From Octopus vulgaris (lineage: Eukaryota), in NCBI GenBank assembly GCA_951406725.2, contig OX597817.1, forward strand, positions 67,766,001 through 67,830,000: DNA of 64,000 nt. The letters are read 5' to 3'. The notes beneath the pieces were generated by a model. That model searched no databases. It was not told the DNA's origin and saw only the letters and a list, made by a program, of their open reading frames with translations. A program made the position numbers and the translations under genes. This document shows positions 52,499 to 64,000 of the stretch, one piece after another (position 1 is the stretch's first letter; each line of letters opens with the position of its first letter).

Positions 52499-53182
52499 AA
52501 GGATATATGTGCATGTATGTGTGTGTATTACACCTACTCACACTCAATCTTTCTTTTGCCCCACCCCGCCATCTCGCTCTCTCACCTTCTTTGTCCATCT
52601 GTCTGTTTTTCACATATACCCCTAATACTCAGTGCGTATATCGTTGAGGTGTTTAAATGAAACTGGTTTCCAGAGACTAGCGTTTTTTTGTTCTCAAAAC
52701 ATATGAAACGGTCGAAACTTTAAAACAAATTATTTTATTTATTTATTCATTTATTTATTTCAGATTGTGGTGTTTTCACTTTAAACTTCATGTCAAAAAT
52801 TAAGAACTGTGTGGAGATGAGGAATGTAAGATAGCGTAAACGAGGTGACGGTTGAAAAGGAAGCAGCACGTTAGAGAACCAACTCGTGGGAGGAGACGAG
52901 ATATAGTAAAAGATAAGAGAGGAAAAGGGGAAAAAATACGTGTGGAAGAATGATGGTGTGTGTATGAGTGTGTGTGTGTGTAGGGGTAGCGTGTGCATGT
53001 GTGTGTGTTTATGTGTGTATGTGTGGTGTGTGCGTGTGCATGAGTGTGTATGTATCTGTGTAGGGATAGTGTGTGTATGTGTGTGTTTATATGTGTGTAT
53101 GTGGTGTGTGTGTGTGAGTGTGTGCGTGTCGTGGGCGGGTATGAGTATGAACGGGCGAGCGGGCGGGTGTGTGTCTGTGTCT

Positions 53183-53500
53183 AGAAGAAGAAGAAGAAGA
53201 AGAAGAAGAAGAAAGGGAAGAAGAAGAAGTAGAAGAAGAAGAAGAAGAAGAAGAAGAAGAAGAAGAAGAAGAAGAAGAAGAAGAAGAAGAAGAAGAAGAA
53301 GAAGAAGAAGAAGAAGAAGAAAAAGAAGAAAAATAAGAAGGGGAAGAAGAAAGGAAGAAGAAGAAAAAAAAGAAGAGGAGGAAGAAGAAGAAAACGGAGA
53401 AGAAGAGGAAGAAGGGGAAGAAGAAGAAAAAGAAGAAGAGAAGAAGAAGAAAAAGAAGAAGAAGAGGAAGAAGAAAAAGAAAAAGAAAAAGAAGAAGAAG
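53183..53500. repeat. (GAA)n polypurine tract
   Basis: Direct reading. Confidence 0.95.
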
Positions 53501-53860
53501 ACATCACTTTTTTTTTTATCTTCTTGAATTTTCTAGAAAAAAAAAACGCTTTTTTTCCTGTCACTCCCCCACCAAGGCTGCTGATCTTTTGGCTTAGTTT
53601 TATCTGTTACTTATTTTTTTTTTTTTTCATTTTCTGTAAAATGGAATTTGGTGTTTCTGTATCTGCAGGAATGCATCTTACCAACTCACAGTTTCAAAAA
53701 GTTTTGTTGGTGTCAACAATGATTGTAGAATAATTCACACAATCGACGTGACAAAAGATAAAGACACGACGCCAAGCTCCTCTGCACAATACCACAACGA
53801 CTAACCATAAACGAGCTTTTCATATGATTTGTTTATCATTTCATCTTAATATTGTGTTCT

Positions 53861-54539
53861 TATACGAGGCACACGGCTACACATTTTGAAGCGGGGAGGT
53901 GTAAGGGTATTTATTGTTGGTTAAATCCTTTCTACTATGAGCACAAGGCCTGGAATTTGGTGGGAGAGGGCTAATCGATTACATTAACTCCAGTAATTGC
54001 CCTCGAAAGAATAAGAGACAAAGTCAATCTCGGCGGAATTTGAATTCAAAACGTGGACGGATGAAATGCCGCTATCCATTTTGTCCGGTGTGCTAATGAT
54101 TTTGCCATCGATTGTCTGTGTTCCACTGCTGCTTATTCTATCGATTATCAGTGCTTGACCGGGTACATATTTTATTGATCTCATACCTTCTTTGGTATTT
54201 ATATACGAGGCACACGGCTACATATTTTGAAGCGGGGAGGTGTAAGGGTATTGTCGGTTAAATCCTTTCTACTATGAGCACAAGGCCTGGAATTTGTGGG
54301 GAGAGGGCTAATCAATTACATTACCTCCAGTAATTGCCCTCGAAAGAATAAGAGACAAAGTCGATCTTGGCGGAATTTGAATTCAAAACGTGGACGGATG
54401 AAATGCCGCTATCCATTTTGTCCGGTGTGCTAATGATTTTGCCATCGACTGTCTGTGCTCCACTGCTGCTTATTCTATCGATTATCAGTGCTTGACCGGG
54501 TACATATTTTATTGATCTCATACCTTCTTTGGTATTTAT
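53861..54539. repeat. tandem duplication, unit about 340 bp
   Basis: 53861-54201 and 54202-54539 are nearly identical and contain old SINE-C pieces. Confidence 0.92.
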
Positions 54540-55344
54540 GAAATATAAAGTCGGCCCCTGTGTGATTTGAACTCAGAGTGTAAAGAGTCGTAACTAACTA
54601 CAGATTCCTTCCGATCCATAATGGTTTCTGATTAAGACACAAAGCTAGCAATTTTGACGGGATGGAGCCTATCGTTTACATAGACCCCAATACTTGACTA
54701 CAAGTTTAATTTACCGACCCCGAAGGGATGAAAGGCCGTTGCCTTGACTTTTGTACATCTCCAAAATATGCGACACTTTGAGTAAGTGTTTGTGTCGCCC
54801 CCCTCCCGCTTGAAAAATGGTGTTGGTGTGTTTACGTCCCCGTAACTGAGTGGTTCGGCAAAAGAGATCGATAGAATAAGTTCTAGACTTAAAAAAGAAA
54901 AAGTACTGGGGTCGATTCCTTTGATTAAAAGTTCCCTAAGGCGGTGCTCCCGCATGGTCGCAGTCTAATGACCGAAGCAAGTAAAAGCTAAAAGATAAAA
55001 GATTTCATTATTTTTTTTCTCCTGGGGGTGACACTATATGTTTTAGGACGAGTGACATGATAAGTAGTAAAGATTAATCAGTGGAAGAAGGGCTTCGCTC
55101 ATCATCTTCCTAAGAGATTTCATGAATTGTAGCTCATCGGGGGAAGAGAAAAAATGCGAAGTAAGTTGATGCAAAAAGTGGAACAAGGAAAAGTAAAGAA
55201 AAGCAAGATCCCCGTCCTCCCTGAGTACAGAAACCACAATTAATGCAATTGGTGCAGAACAATATAACAGAAAAGATACCAAAGTCTGCGACACAGACGC
55301 ACGCGACGCACGCACGCACACACACACAGTATATTTCATTTCTG

Positions 55345-55757
55345 TTTCTTTACTACCCACAAGGGGCTAAACACAGAGGGAACAAACAAGGACAGACAAA
55401 TGGATTAAGTCTATAACATCGATCCCAGTGCATAACTGGTACTTAATTTATCGACCCCGAAAGGATGAAAGGCAAAGTCGACCTGGGCGGAATTTGAACT
55501 CAGAACGTAACGGCAGACGCAATACCTATTTCTTTACTACCTACTAGGGGCTAAACATAGAGGGGACAAACAAGGACAGACAAAGGGATTAAGTCGATTA
55601 CATCGACCCCAGTGCGTAACTGGTATTTAATTTATCGACCCCGAAAGGATGAAAGGCAAAGTCGACCTAGGCGGAATTTGAACTCAAAACGTAACGGCAG
55701 GCGAAATACGGCTACGCATTTCGCCCGACGTGCTAACGTTTCTGCCAGCTCGCCGCC
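55345..55757 (-). mobile_element. SINE family C, partial tandem dimer
   Basis: Unit TTTCTTTACTACC...GGGGCTAAAC repeated at about 55345 and 55529. Confidence 0.85.
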
Positions 55758-56188
55758 TTCCACACAGTAAATTCCATTTGTGCAGTTAGATGTTCGACTA
55801 TTACTGATGATTTTAAAGCTCCACATTAAGTATTAATACCCAATCTACTTAAAGTAAAGTGGTGTGGTTGCTACTATTGTACATAGCAGATTAACTGATT
55901 ATAATATACAGAGCAAAAGTAAGAAGAAAAAAAAAACTATGATAAACATATGATGCAGCTTGTATCATTTGTTCCCTACTTACGTTTCGCCATTGCAGTT
56001 ATTTGCATTCTCTGCAGTGGGCGTTCAAAATGCAATGGGGTTCTGGACCACAACAACAGTTCTTCAGGGAAGCACTTTATTACTTCATGTTTACACACAT
56101 CACATGCTGTGTAACGTCCAATGGTGAAACATACGCAGGGACCAAATGATATAAACTGCATTTTATGATTATCATAGTTTTCATATCC

Positions 56189-56259
<71 letters not shown>

Positions 56260-56282
56260 GTCACACACACATATATATATAT

Positions 56283-56610
56283 ACTCTCTCTTTTACTTGT
56301 TTCAGTCTTTGACTGCGGCTATTCTGGAGCACCGCCTTTTGTCGAGAAAATCGACCCCAGGTCTCTTTTGCCGAACTGCTAATTTAGAGGGACGTAAACA
56401 CACCACCAGACACACATACATATATATATATATACATACATATATACGACGGGCTTCTTTCAGTTTCCGTCTACCAAATCCACTCACAAGGCTTTGGTCA
56501 GCCCAAGGCTACAGTAGAAGATACTCGCCCAAAGTGCCATGCAGTGGGACTGAACCCGGAACCATGTGGTTGGTAAGCAAGCTACTTACCACACAGCCAC
56601 TCCTGCGCCT
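56283..56610 (-). mobile_element. SINE family A with internal deletions
   Basis: Consensus match. Confidence 0.88.
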
Positions 56611-56615
56611 ATATA

Positions 56616-56945
56616 TATAAAGAAGAATGTATAAATGTGAAGAAATCACAATTATAACGGAGAGGGTTACAAAATCCCTTACATGCCTAGAAATAGCAGT
56701 CAAAACCGCTATAAAGCCACTATAACTTCGAAATTGCAGTAGAAGACAAACCTTTTATTTTATATAAGTTTTTAATTTTAATATCATGTCGCTCGCCGAC
56801 AGCTTTTAATCGTTGAGGAGATATAATATGAACGTTTATAGTGACTTTATAGCGGTTTTGACTGCTATTTCTAGGTATGTTAGGGTTTTTATAACACACT
56901 CCGTTATAATTGTGATTTATTCACAATTATACACTCTTCTTTTAT
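56616..56945. mobile_element. MITE with about 110-bp inverted arms
   Basis: 56616-56725 versus 56836-56945 (CCTAGAAATAGCAGTCAAAACCGCTATAAAG / CTTTATAGCGGTTTTGACTGCTATTTCTAGG). Confidence 0.8.
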
Positions 56946-57065
56946 GAAAAAGATTTTGATTGAATGTTCTGGCGACTGATATATTCGTAAATAATTTTGA
57001 ATTGTTTACGATATATCCTGCGTAATACATTTTTACATTCATTCTTCGTTTATATATGTACACAC

Positions 57066-57176
<111 letters not shown>

Positions 57177-57313
57177 ACAAAGATATTTTATTTCACACGG
57201 GTAGAAATACAGGAAAAATTAGAAGTTGGAAATGCAGTGAGAATAATTAAAATATTTTTTATTAAAATAGTTGAAGTTTTAACAGGTTTCACAGTTTACA
57301 CTGCTTTCTGTTT

Positions 57314-57445
<132 letters not shown>

Positions 57446-57834
57446 TACATACACACTCTCGTTTGAGTATGCATACACATACACAATTATATGTAAATAT
57501 GTGTGTGTATGTATATATGTGTGTGTGTATATATGTATGTATTAATTTATGTATATATATCTATATGTGGATGGATACATATCACACATATGCATACATA
57601 TACATAGGCACAATCACGCACACATATGCATATGATAATGAGATAATGTTCTACGTCCACTAAACTTAAGTGATTTGGAGCAGGGTGTTTGTGTGTAAGT
57701 GTGCGTGTGGCTGCGTGGGTGACACACACACACACATTTGTATATGTATTACATATACATACACGCATGCACAAATTTGAATATACACGCCTCCCCCATA
57801 CACACATGTATTCAAAGGTCCTAAAAGCTTACGC

Positions 57835-58270
57835 TATATCGACAGTCTTAAAGAATGAGTTTGCCTGAGCGAAAAAACTGCTCTTTTGTAGGTAAAGAAC
57901 TTAGAAGTTACTCTTTTGATATTGCTGCCTTCTCTAAAACTCGTCTTATTGATGCTGGACAACTAAAAGAGATTAAATTACGGAATACGAAAATAGACAC
58001 GAATTGGTTTTGCAATCAAAACTAATATAGTGTCAACTTTGAATTAGTTACCACATGGTAACAGCGAACCGTTGATCAGACTTCTGCAGAATCGCTCAAG
58101 CAATCACTATTTTACATGCGTAATTGCGTCTACGACAGCTACCCTAGATAATACATTAGATTCTAAGATAGTTTAGCATGTCTGACTCATAGTTATTTTC
58201 AAAGCTGTTCCCAGGAGAATTCCGGATCCTTTTGTCGGGTACTTTCAATTATAAAATTGGAAATGACTGA
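57835..58270 (+). pseudogene. RTE-clade APE endonuclease relic
   Basis: VGKELRSYSFDIAAFSKTRLIDAGQLKE..IGFAIK, matching the RTE pattern IDIAALSETRL..GVGFAIK. Confidence 0.72.
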
Positions 58271-59546
58271 CAAACATATTCATTTTATTAATTACTCAGA
58301 GAAGGCGACGAATTGGTAGAGCCATTAGACCGTCGGAATGCTTTATATGTATTTATTCTTACATATGGCGATCTGAGTTCAAACCCTACTGAGGTCAATT
58401 TTGCTTTTCAGCTCTTTCAGGGTTGATAAAATAATGTAGCAGTAAAGTACTGGGAACATAGTGTTGACTAATCGTCTCCCCTCAAAATTGCTAGCCTTGA
58501 GTCTAAATCATAAATCGTTAATTACTTAGAGAAAGTGTTGACCTGGCAGAATCGTTAGCACGTCGGACAAAATGCTTAGTAGCATTTTTTCCGGAGCTTT
58601 ACGTTCTGAGTTCAAATTCCGCTGAGGTTGACTTTGCCGTTCATCCTTTCGGGTCGATAAAATATCAGTAGGTACCAGAGGTTGATGTAATCGATTAAAC
58701 CATTCTCTCTAATATTGGTGAACCCGTGCCAAAATTTGAAAGAATTATTTACTCAGAGGAGAACAGAATCGTTGGACAGTCGGATAGAATGCAATGTTGT
58801 ATTTGTTCAGACACACGACGATCTGAGTTCAAATTCAGCCCAACTCAGCTTTGCTCTTCATTATTTCGGGACTGATGAAAATAAGTAAGCATCAATCTTG
58901 GTTGTTTGATTAGCGGTTATAGGGACATCAAGCCGGATATCTTCCATTATTTGTTCCGGCTCTTTACATTCTGTGTTCCCATCTGAACATGTCGTACTTG
59001 GATGGTAGACTAAATCGGGGATTAACACCACTACACGACACTTTGTTTGTCTTTAACGGAATATACTCTGTTGCAAGTAAGGTACCTTCAAATAGGAAAC
59101 TCGGGTTTCCTGTTTGATGGTCCTTTCCTCCCACCTACCAAGCAGTTTCGAAGGCCCTATAACGAGTCATAGGCGCTACCTTTCCTTCTGACTAAAAAAT
59201 GAACAAACTACAAAGATGGTGCAGCACCCATGACATTTGCAAGATTCATCCCATCTAGACTGGACCAGTACTCTCTCAGAAACTGAGGGAACTTGGTACC
59301 ATATCAATTGAGATATGTAAATGAACGTATTTCTTTCCTATCCTACAACTCCTCTTAATTCCTTAAACTCTTTCTTATCCTACAACCCAACTTCCTCTCA
59401 GTGCTTCCTTTCATCTAACTCTCAACTCTGCTTGCTTCTCCTTATTCCATTATTCTTTCCTTTTTCCTTCTTACATTGTTTCTCCTACCACTTCTTGTTC
59501 ACGTATGAAGCTCACCAGTTACAGTACGTAAATTAACGTGTGTATG

Positions 59547-59578
<32 letters not shown>

Positions 59579-59690
59579 TGTATGTATGTATGTATGTATG
59601 TATGTATGTATGTATGTATGTATGTATGTATGTATAAATAAACTAATATACAGATATATACTAATACGTATGCATGTATATGTCTATGCA

Positions 59691-59742
<52 letters not shown>

Positions 59743-59802
59743 GTGCTCCAGTATGACCACAGTCCAATGACTGAAACTAGTAAAAGGATACACACACATA
59801 TG

Positions 59803-59883
<81 letters not shown>

Positions 59884-60472
59884 CATAAATCGAAATGAAA
59901 ATGTAAATATATCAATGACATTATGAAAAAGATTATATATTCACAGATGAGTAAGACCACAATAACCACTGACATCCATGAAGGCGAATGTCACTGACAC
60001 GTTATCCAGAGGAAACGAACTTTAAAGCTGTAAGCTCTTACCCAGATGTCGACTCTTCCTTAGATGCGTCGACACTGGCACTTTGGTATTTTACCCTTAC
60101 CCCAATCCTGATAAAAAAAAAAAAAAGGTTGTTATAATACTGTACAGTTTGGTCCTGGAATTCAGCAACTATCTCCGAACTCCACCCACATTGTTCTATA
60201 AACCTGCTGGTATTTTTAATGGTGGTTGTATTAAATTATTTTAGACCTATGAAGAATTTTCTATAACGTAGACTCTTCACGCTCCCTTAAAACAGATCTT
60301 TCTTATTTTTTTTATGTTCCCGCGTTGTTCTGTCATTTATTTATTCAGTGACACAGTATAAACAGAATTTCTGAATTAGTTCTTGTTCCTATTGGTTTTT
60401 GACTTCTTTTGTGTGGCACGGTTGTTTCTTTCTGAGTTTTCAGAAGATAATAACTAACTTGGTCATTCTAAC

Positions 60473-60833
60473 CGTGTCTTCTCAACCTTTTTTTTTCTTT
60501 TTCTTACCTATGGACCTCTTTGATTATTTTTTCGTTCAGATGGACCCCCAAAGCCATTCAGTGTTTAAAAACTAGTTTTATAGGTACTTCTTTCAAAATT
60601 CCTATTTTGTTTTTCACACTTTAACTTGTATATGATGAACTACGTAAATTTTTAGAGAAAGAAACCTCACTATTTCTTTCAATACATACCAATACATACA
60701 TCAAAAGCAAAATTATTTCAGGGTCCCATAAAATACTATTGTGGATCCCTAATTTACTATTTTATTATGTGGAGCTCCCAAAATCTTATATTGATCCTCA
60801 GGGGCCATATGGAACCCCGGTTGAGAACCACTC
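60473..60833. mobile_element. hAT-type MITE (old)
   Basis: TTCTCAACC ... GGTTGAGAACCACT termini. Confidence 0.55.
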
Positions 60834-60929
60834 CCAAACCAATGTTAAGCTGATAAATATATAAAAGATATAGAGGCAAAAATAAATCTTTTATATTTTT
60901 ATTTGATACATTCATTGGACTTTTTTGCG

Positions 60930-61040
60930 AACAACGGGAGAAACAAATGGAAAACGAGACATGTAACATAAAGAACGACACTTCATCAGTTGTCAGCTGT
61001 TTATCTACTCCACATTTCGCGCAATTCACGACAACATGGC
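60930..61040 (-). mobile_element. permuted-hammerhead repeat family, copy 3
   Basis: Homology to 9355-9463. Confidence 0.7.
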
Positions 61041-61126
61041 ATATATATGTCAGTATGTACATCATATGCCTATATATATTTTATTTATATTATTATATGA
61101 TTGAACGCCTCGCATCCATTTCCAAG

Positions 61127-61156
<30 letters not shown>

Positions 61157-61157
<1 letters not shown>

Positions 61158-61553
61158 GGCGCAGGAGTAGCTGTGTGGTAAGTAGCTTGTTTACCAACTA
61201 CATGGTTCCGGGTTCAGTCCCACTGTGTGGCACCTTGGGCAAGTGTCTCTACTATAGCCTCGGGCTGACCAAAGCCTTGTGAGTGGATTTGGTAGACGGA
61301 AACTGAAAGAAGCCCGTCGTATATATGTATATGTATGTGTGTGTGCGTGTATGTTTGTGTGTCTGTGTTTGTCCCCCTAGCATTGCTTGACAACCGATGC
61401 TGGTGTGGTTATGTCCCCGTCTCTTAGCGGTTCGGCAAAAGAGACCGATAGAATAAGTACTGGGCTTACAAAGAATAAGTCCCGGGGTCGAGTTGCTCGA
61501 TTAAAAGGCGGCGCTCCAGCATGGCCGCAGTCAAATGACTGAAACAAGTAAAA

Positions 61554-61556
<3 letters not shown>
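61157..61556 (+). mobile_element. SINE family A, full length
   Basis: Near-consensus; an inverted older head follows at 61620-61780. Confidence 0.92.
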
Positions 61557-61622
<66 letters not shown>

Positions 61623-63063
61623 GGGCTTCTATACAGATTCCGTCACCCTAATTCATCCACAAGACATTGGTTGGCCTGGAGCTATAGTAGAAGACACTTG
61701 CCCAAGGTGCAGCGCAGTGAGACTGAACCCGAAATTACGTGGCTGCAAAACGAGCTTCGTAACCACACAGCCATGCCACCTTCAAAAAAAGGCGAAAACA
61801 AAGAATAAGTTAGTATATTAATGAATCCATTACAATCTAGCATTGAAATGAGATACGCATTCTTTTGTTGCTTTCTCTGTGATGTATATATAGTAGTACT
61901 ATTGAATCTGTGCTGCTCTTGAGCTAAATAAATAAAAAAAATCATCATCATCGTCGTCGTTGTCATCATCATCATCATCAAGTGGTGGATTCGTCTGAAA
62001 GGTTTGACGATAGGTATTTTCCTATCTGGCCAAGCTCTCATCACCTTCTTTAAGTACCACTTGAAGAGGGTAGAGAGGGAAGTAGTGCCTTCTAGTGTAT
62101 CTATCCAAAGGTCGAAGACAGCAGCATGGCTGGTAAATCTGAATGAGCCAACCCTCAGAATGCCATACGTAAGAGGGAAAGAATAGGGAGAGTATACTTT
62201 GGTACTTTCGATGCCTTGGAGATGTCAAAGTAATCCAAACCTTCTTGTATAGGATTTCCCCCGATTTCCCCTTCTGGAGTACCCTGCTAGGGAGATATTT
62301 TTCTTGTTAAGTTTTTTTTAAATTTTATTTTTGTATATGATTTGATTTTGATTTTGATTTTTCCAGTTTCAGCTCATGAGCTGTGGCCATGCTGGGGCAC
62401 CTGTTATATCTTAATAGTTGTTGATTTCTATTTGATTGATGCAAACCTCACCGTACCTGCCAAATATTTCGTTCTTTTATATTGTCCTCAATGTGTTGGG
62501 CCCTTGTTGGTAGGAAAAAACATTATTATTTCAAAGGCTATGAGCTGACAGAACTATTAGCGTATCGGACAAAATGCTTAGCGGCATTTTCTCTGGCTCT
62601 CTTAAGTTAAAGAGCTCTGCCTCCTTAACTTCCGCCGAAGTTAAGTTTGCTTTTCCTTTTATCAGGTGTGATAAAATAAAGTATCATTTAAGTACTGTGT
62701 TCAATATCATCCAGTAACCACAGACCCTCTAAAATTGCAGCCCTTGTACCAAAACTTCAAATATTTATTGTTATATAGGCACAGGCGTGGCTGTGTGGTA
62801 AGAAGCTTTCTTCCCAACTGCATGATCCGGGATCAGTACCACTGCGCGGAACCTTGGACAGGTGTCTTCTACTATAGCCTCGGGCCGACCAAAGCCTTGT
62901 AAATGGATTTGGTAGACGGAAACTGAAAGAAGCCCATATTCCTGGTGTAAGATAATATATGGTAGCCGATAATAGTCGAGGAGCTTTGAAATGGACGTTA
63001 TAACTTCATTGCCCAGACACCCAGGTGACATTAAATTGTATTTGCATTATATATATGTTTTTG

Positions 63064-63107
<44 letters not shown>

Positions 63108-63585
63108 TCACACACACATACATGTGTGTATCTATGGGGATGGGGTGCGCACGCACCATGTAAAAGACTCTACAGACTGTGATAATCGATAAAATAAAAG
63201 TAAAATTATAAAATTTATTCTCTCCTTGCCGTCCGACACCAAGTGATCTGCGGTGCGATACTGGTCTGTGTCCTGGTGGTTGGGGACCCCTGCTATACAG
63301 GGTGCAAAGGAATACGTTCCACCCACTCTACTGCCTGACTAGCAGAGAAATTAGAGCGCCTGATTGTATTTCATGTATTGGGGGCCCAGTGTTAGTCTTC
63401 GCTTGAACTAGGGTACAACCAAGGGTTGTAAGAAGGCCTTTGAATCATTTCCAACTGAGCTGCAACTAAATAACAATAACAGCAATTTAATTAAATAAAA
63501 AAAATTATGATCAGTAGATAAATATAAATTACGCGGACAAAATTATTGCAGTGAAACATATAATAGGCCTGATATCGCTGTTGTT

Positions 63586-63805
63586 AATGATGATGATCAT
63601 GGTGACGTTTACGAGGATGATATTGAGAATGGTTATGCTGCTGCTGCTGATGAGGATGAGGATGAGGATGAGGATGACGACGACGACGACGATGATAACG
63701 ACGACGATGACGACGACCATGTTGATGATGACAACGAAAGCGACGACAATGACGACATCGGCAATGAAAAAGTGATGACGATGATGATTAATAAGCTGGC
63801 TATGG

Positions 63806-63853
<48 letters not shown>

Positions 63854-63930
63854 GGTTGAGGCTGACATCGACAACTCATATGACAATGATGAGGACGACA
63901 ACAATGGCGATGATGACCACCACGATAACA
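63586..63930. repeat. degenerate (GAT/GAC)n repeat
   Basis: Direct reading. Confidence 0.9.
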
Positions 63931-64000
63931 ATAAATACTACTTTCTTCTCTCTCTTTCTCTCTCTCTCTCCCTCTCTCTCAACCCCCCTCTCTCTCAGTC

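Overview
AT-rich, microsatellite-dense eukaryotic DNA that is almost entirely intronic or intergenic. The SINE families, (TA)n/(CA)n density and RTE/Dong/Penelope relics look like a coleoid cephalopod (Octopus-like) genome; this is pattern recognition, not a database result. Nearly all listed ORFs are microsatellite or SINE artefacts. Real coding relics are Penelope-like (PLE) GIY-YIG and RT pieces, a Dong/R4 RLE retrotransposon in (TAA)n, several RTE-clade LINE fragments and a piggyBac transposase. Two weakly supported host exons lie on the minus strand. The main signal is an RNA one: at least eight type I hammerhead-ribozyme (HHR) folds, in a 2-kb PLE palindrome and in short non-coding elements lodged in microsatellites. 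They include natural core variants with compensatory 3-8 pairs (G3-C8, U3-A8). A separate three-copy repeat family carries all three hammerhead strands in a non-circularly permuted order. All folds and alignments were made by eye.
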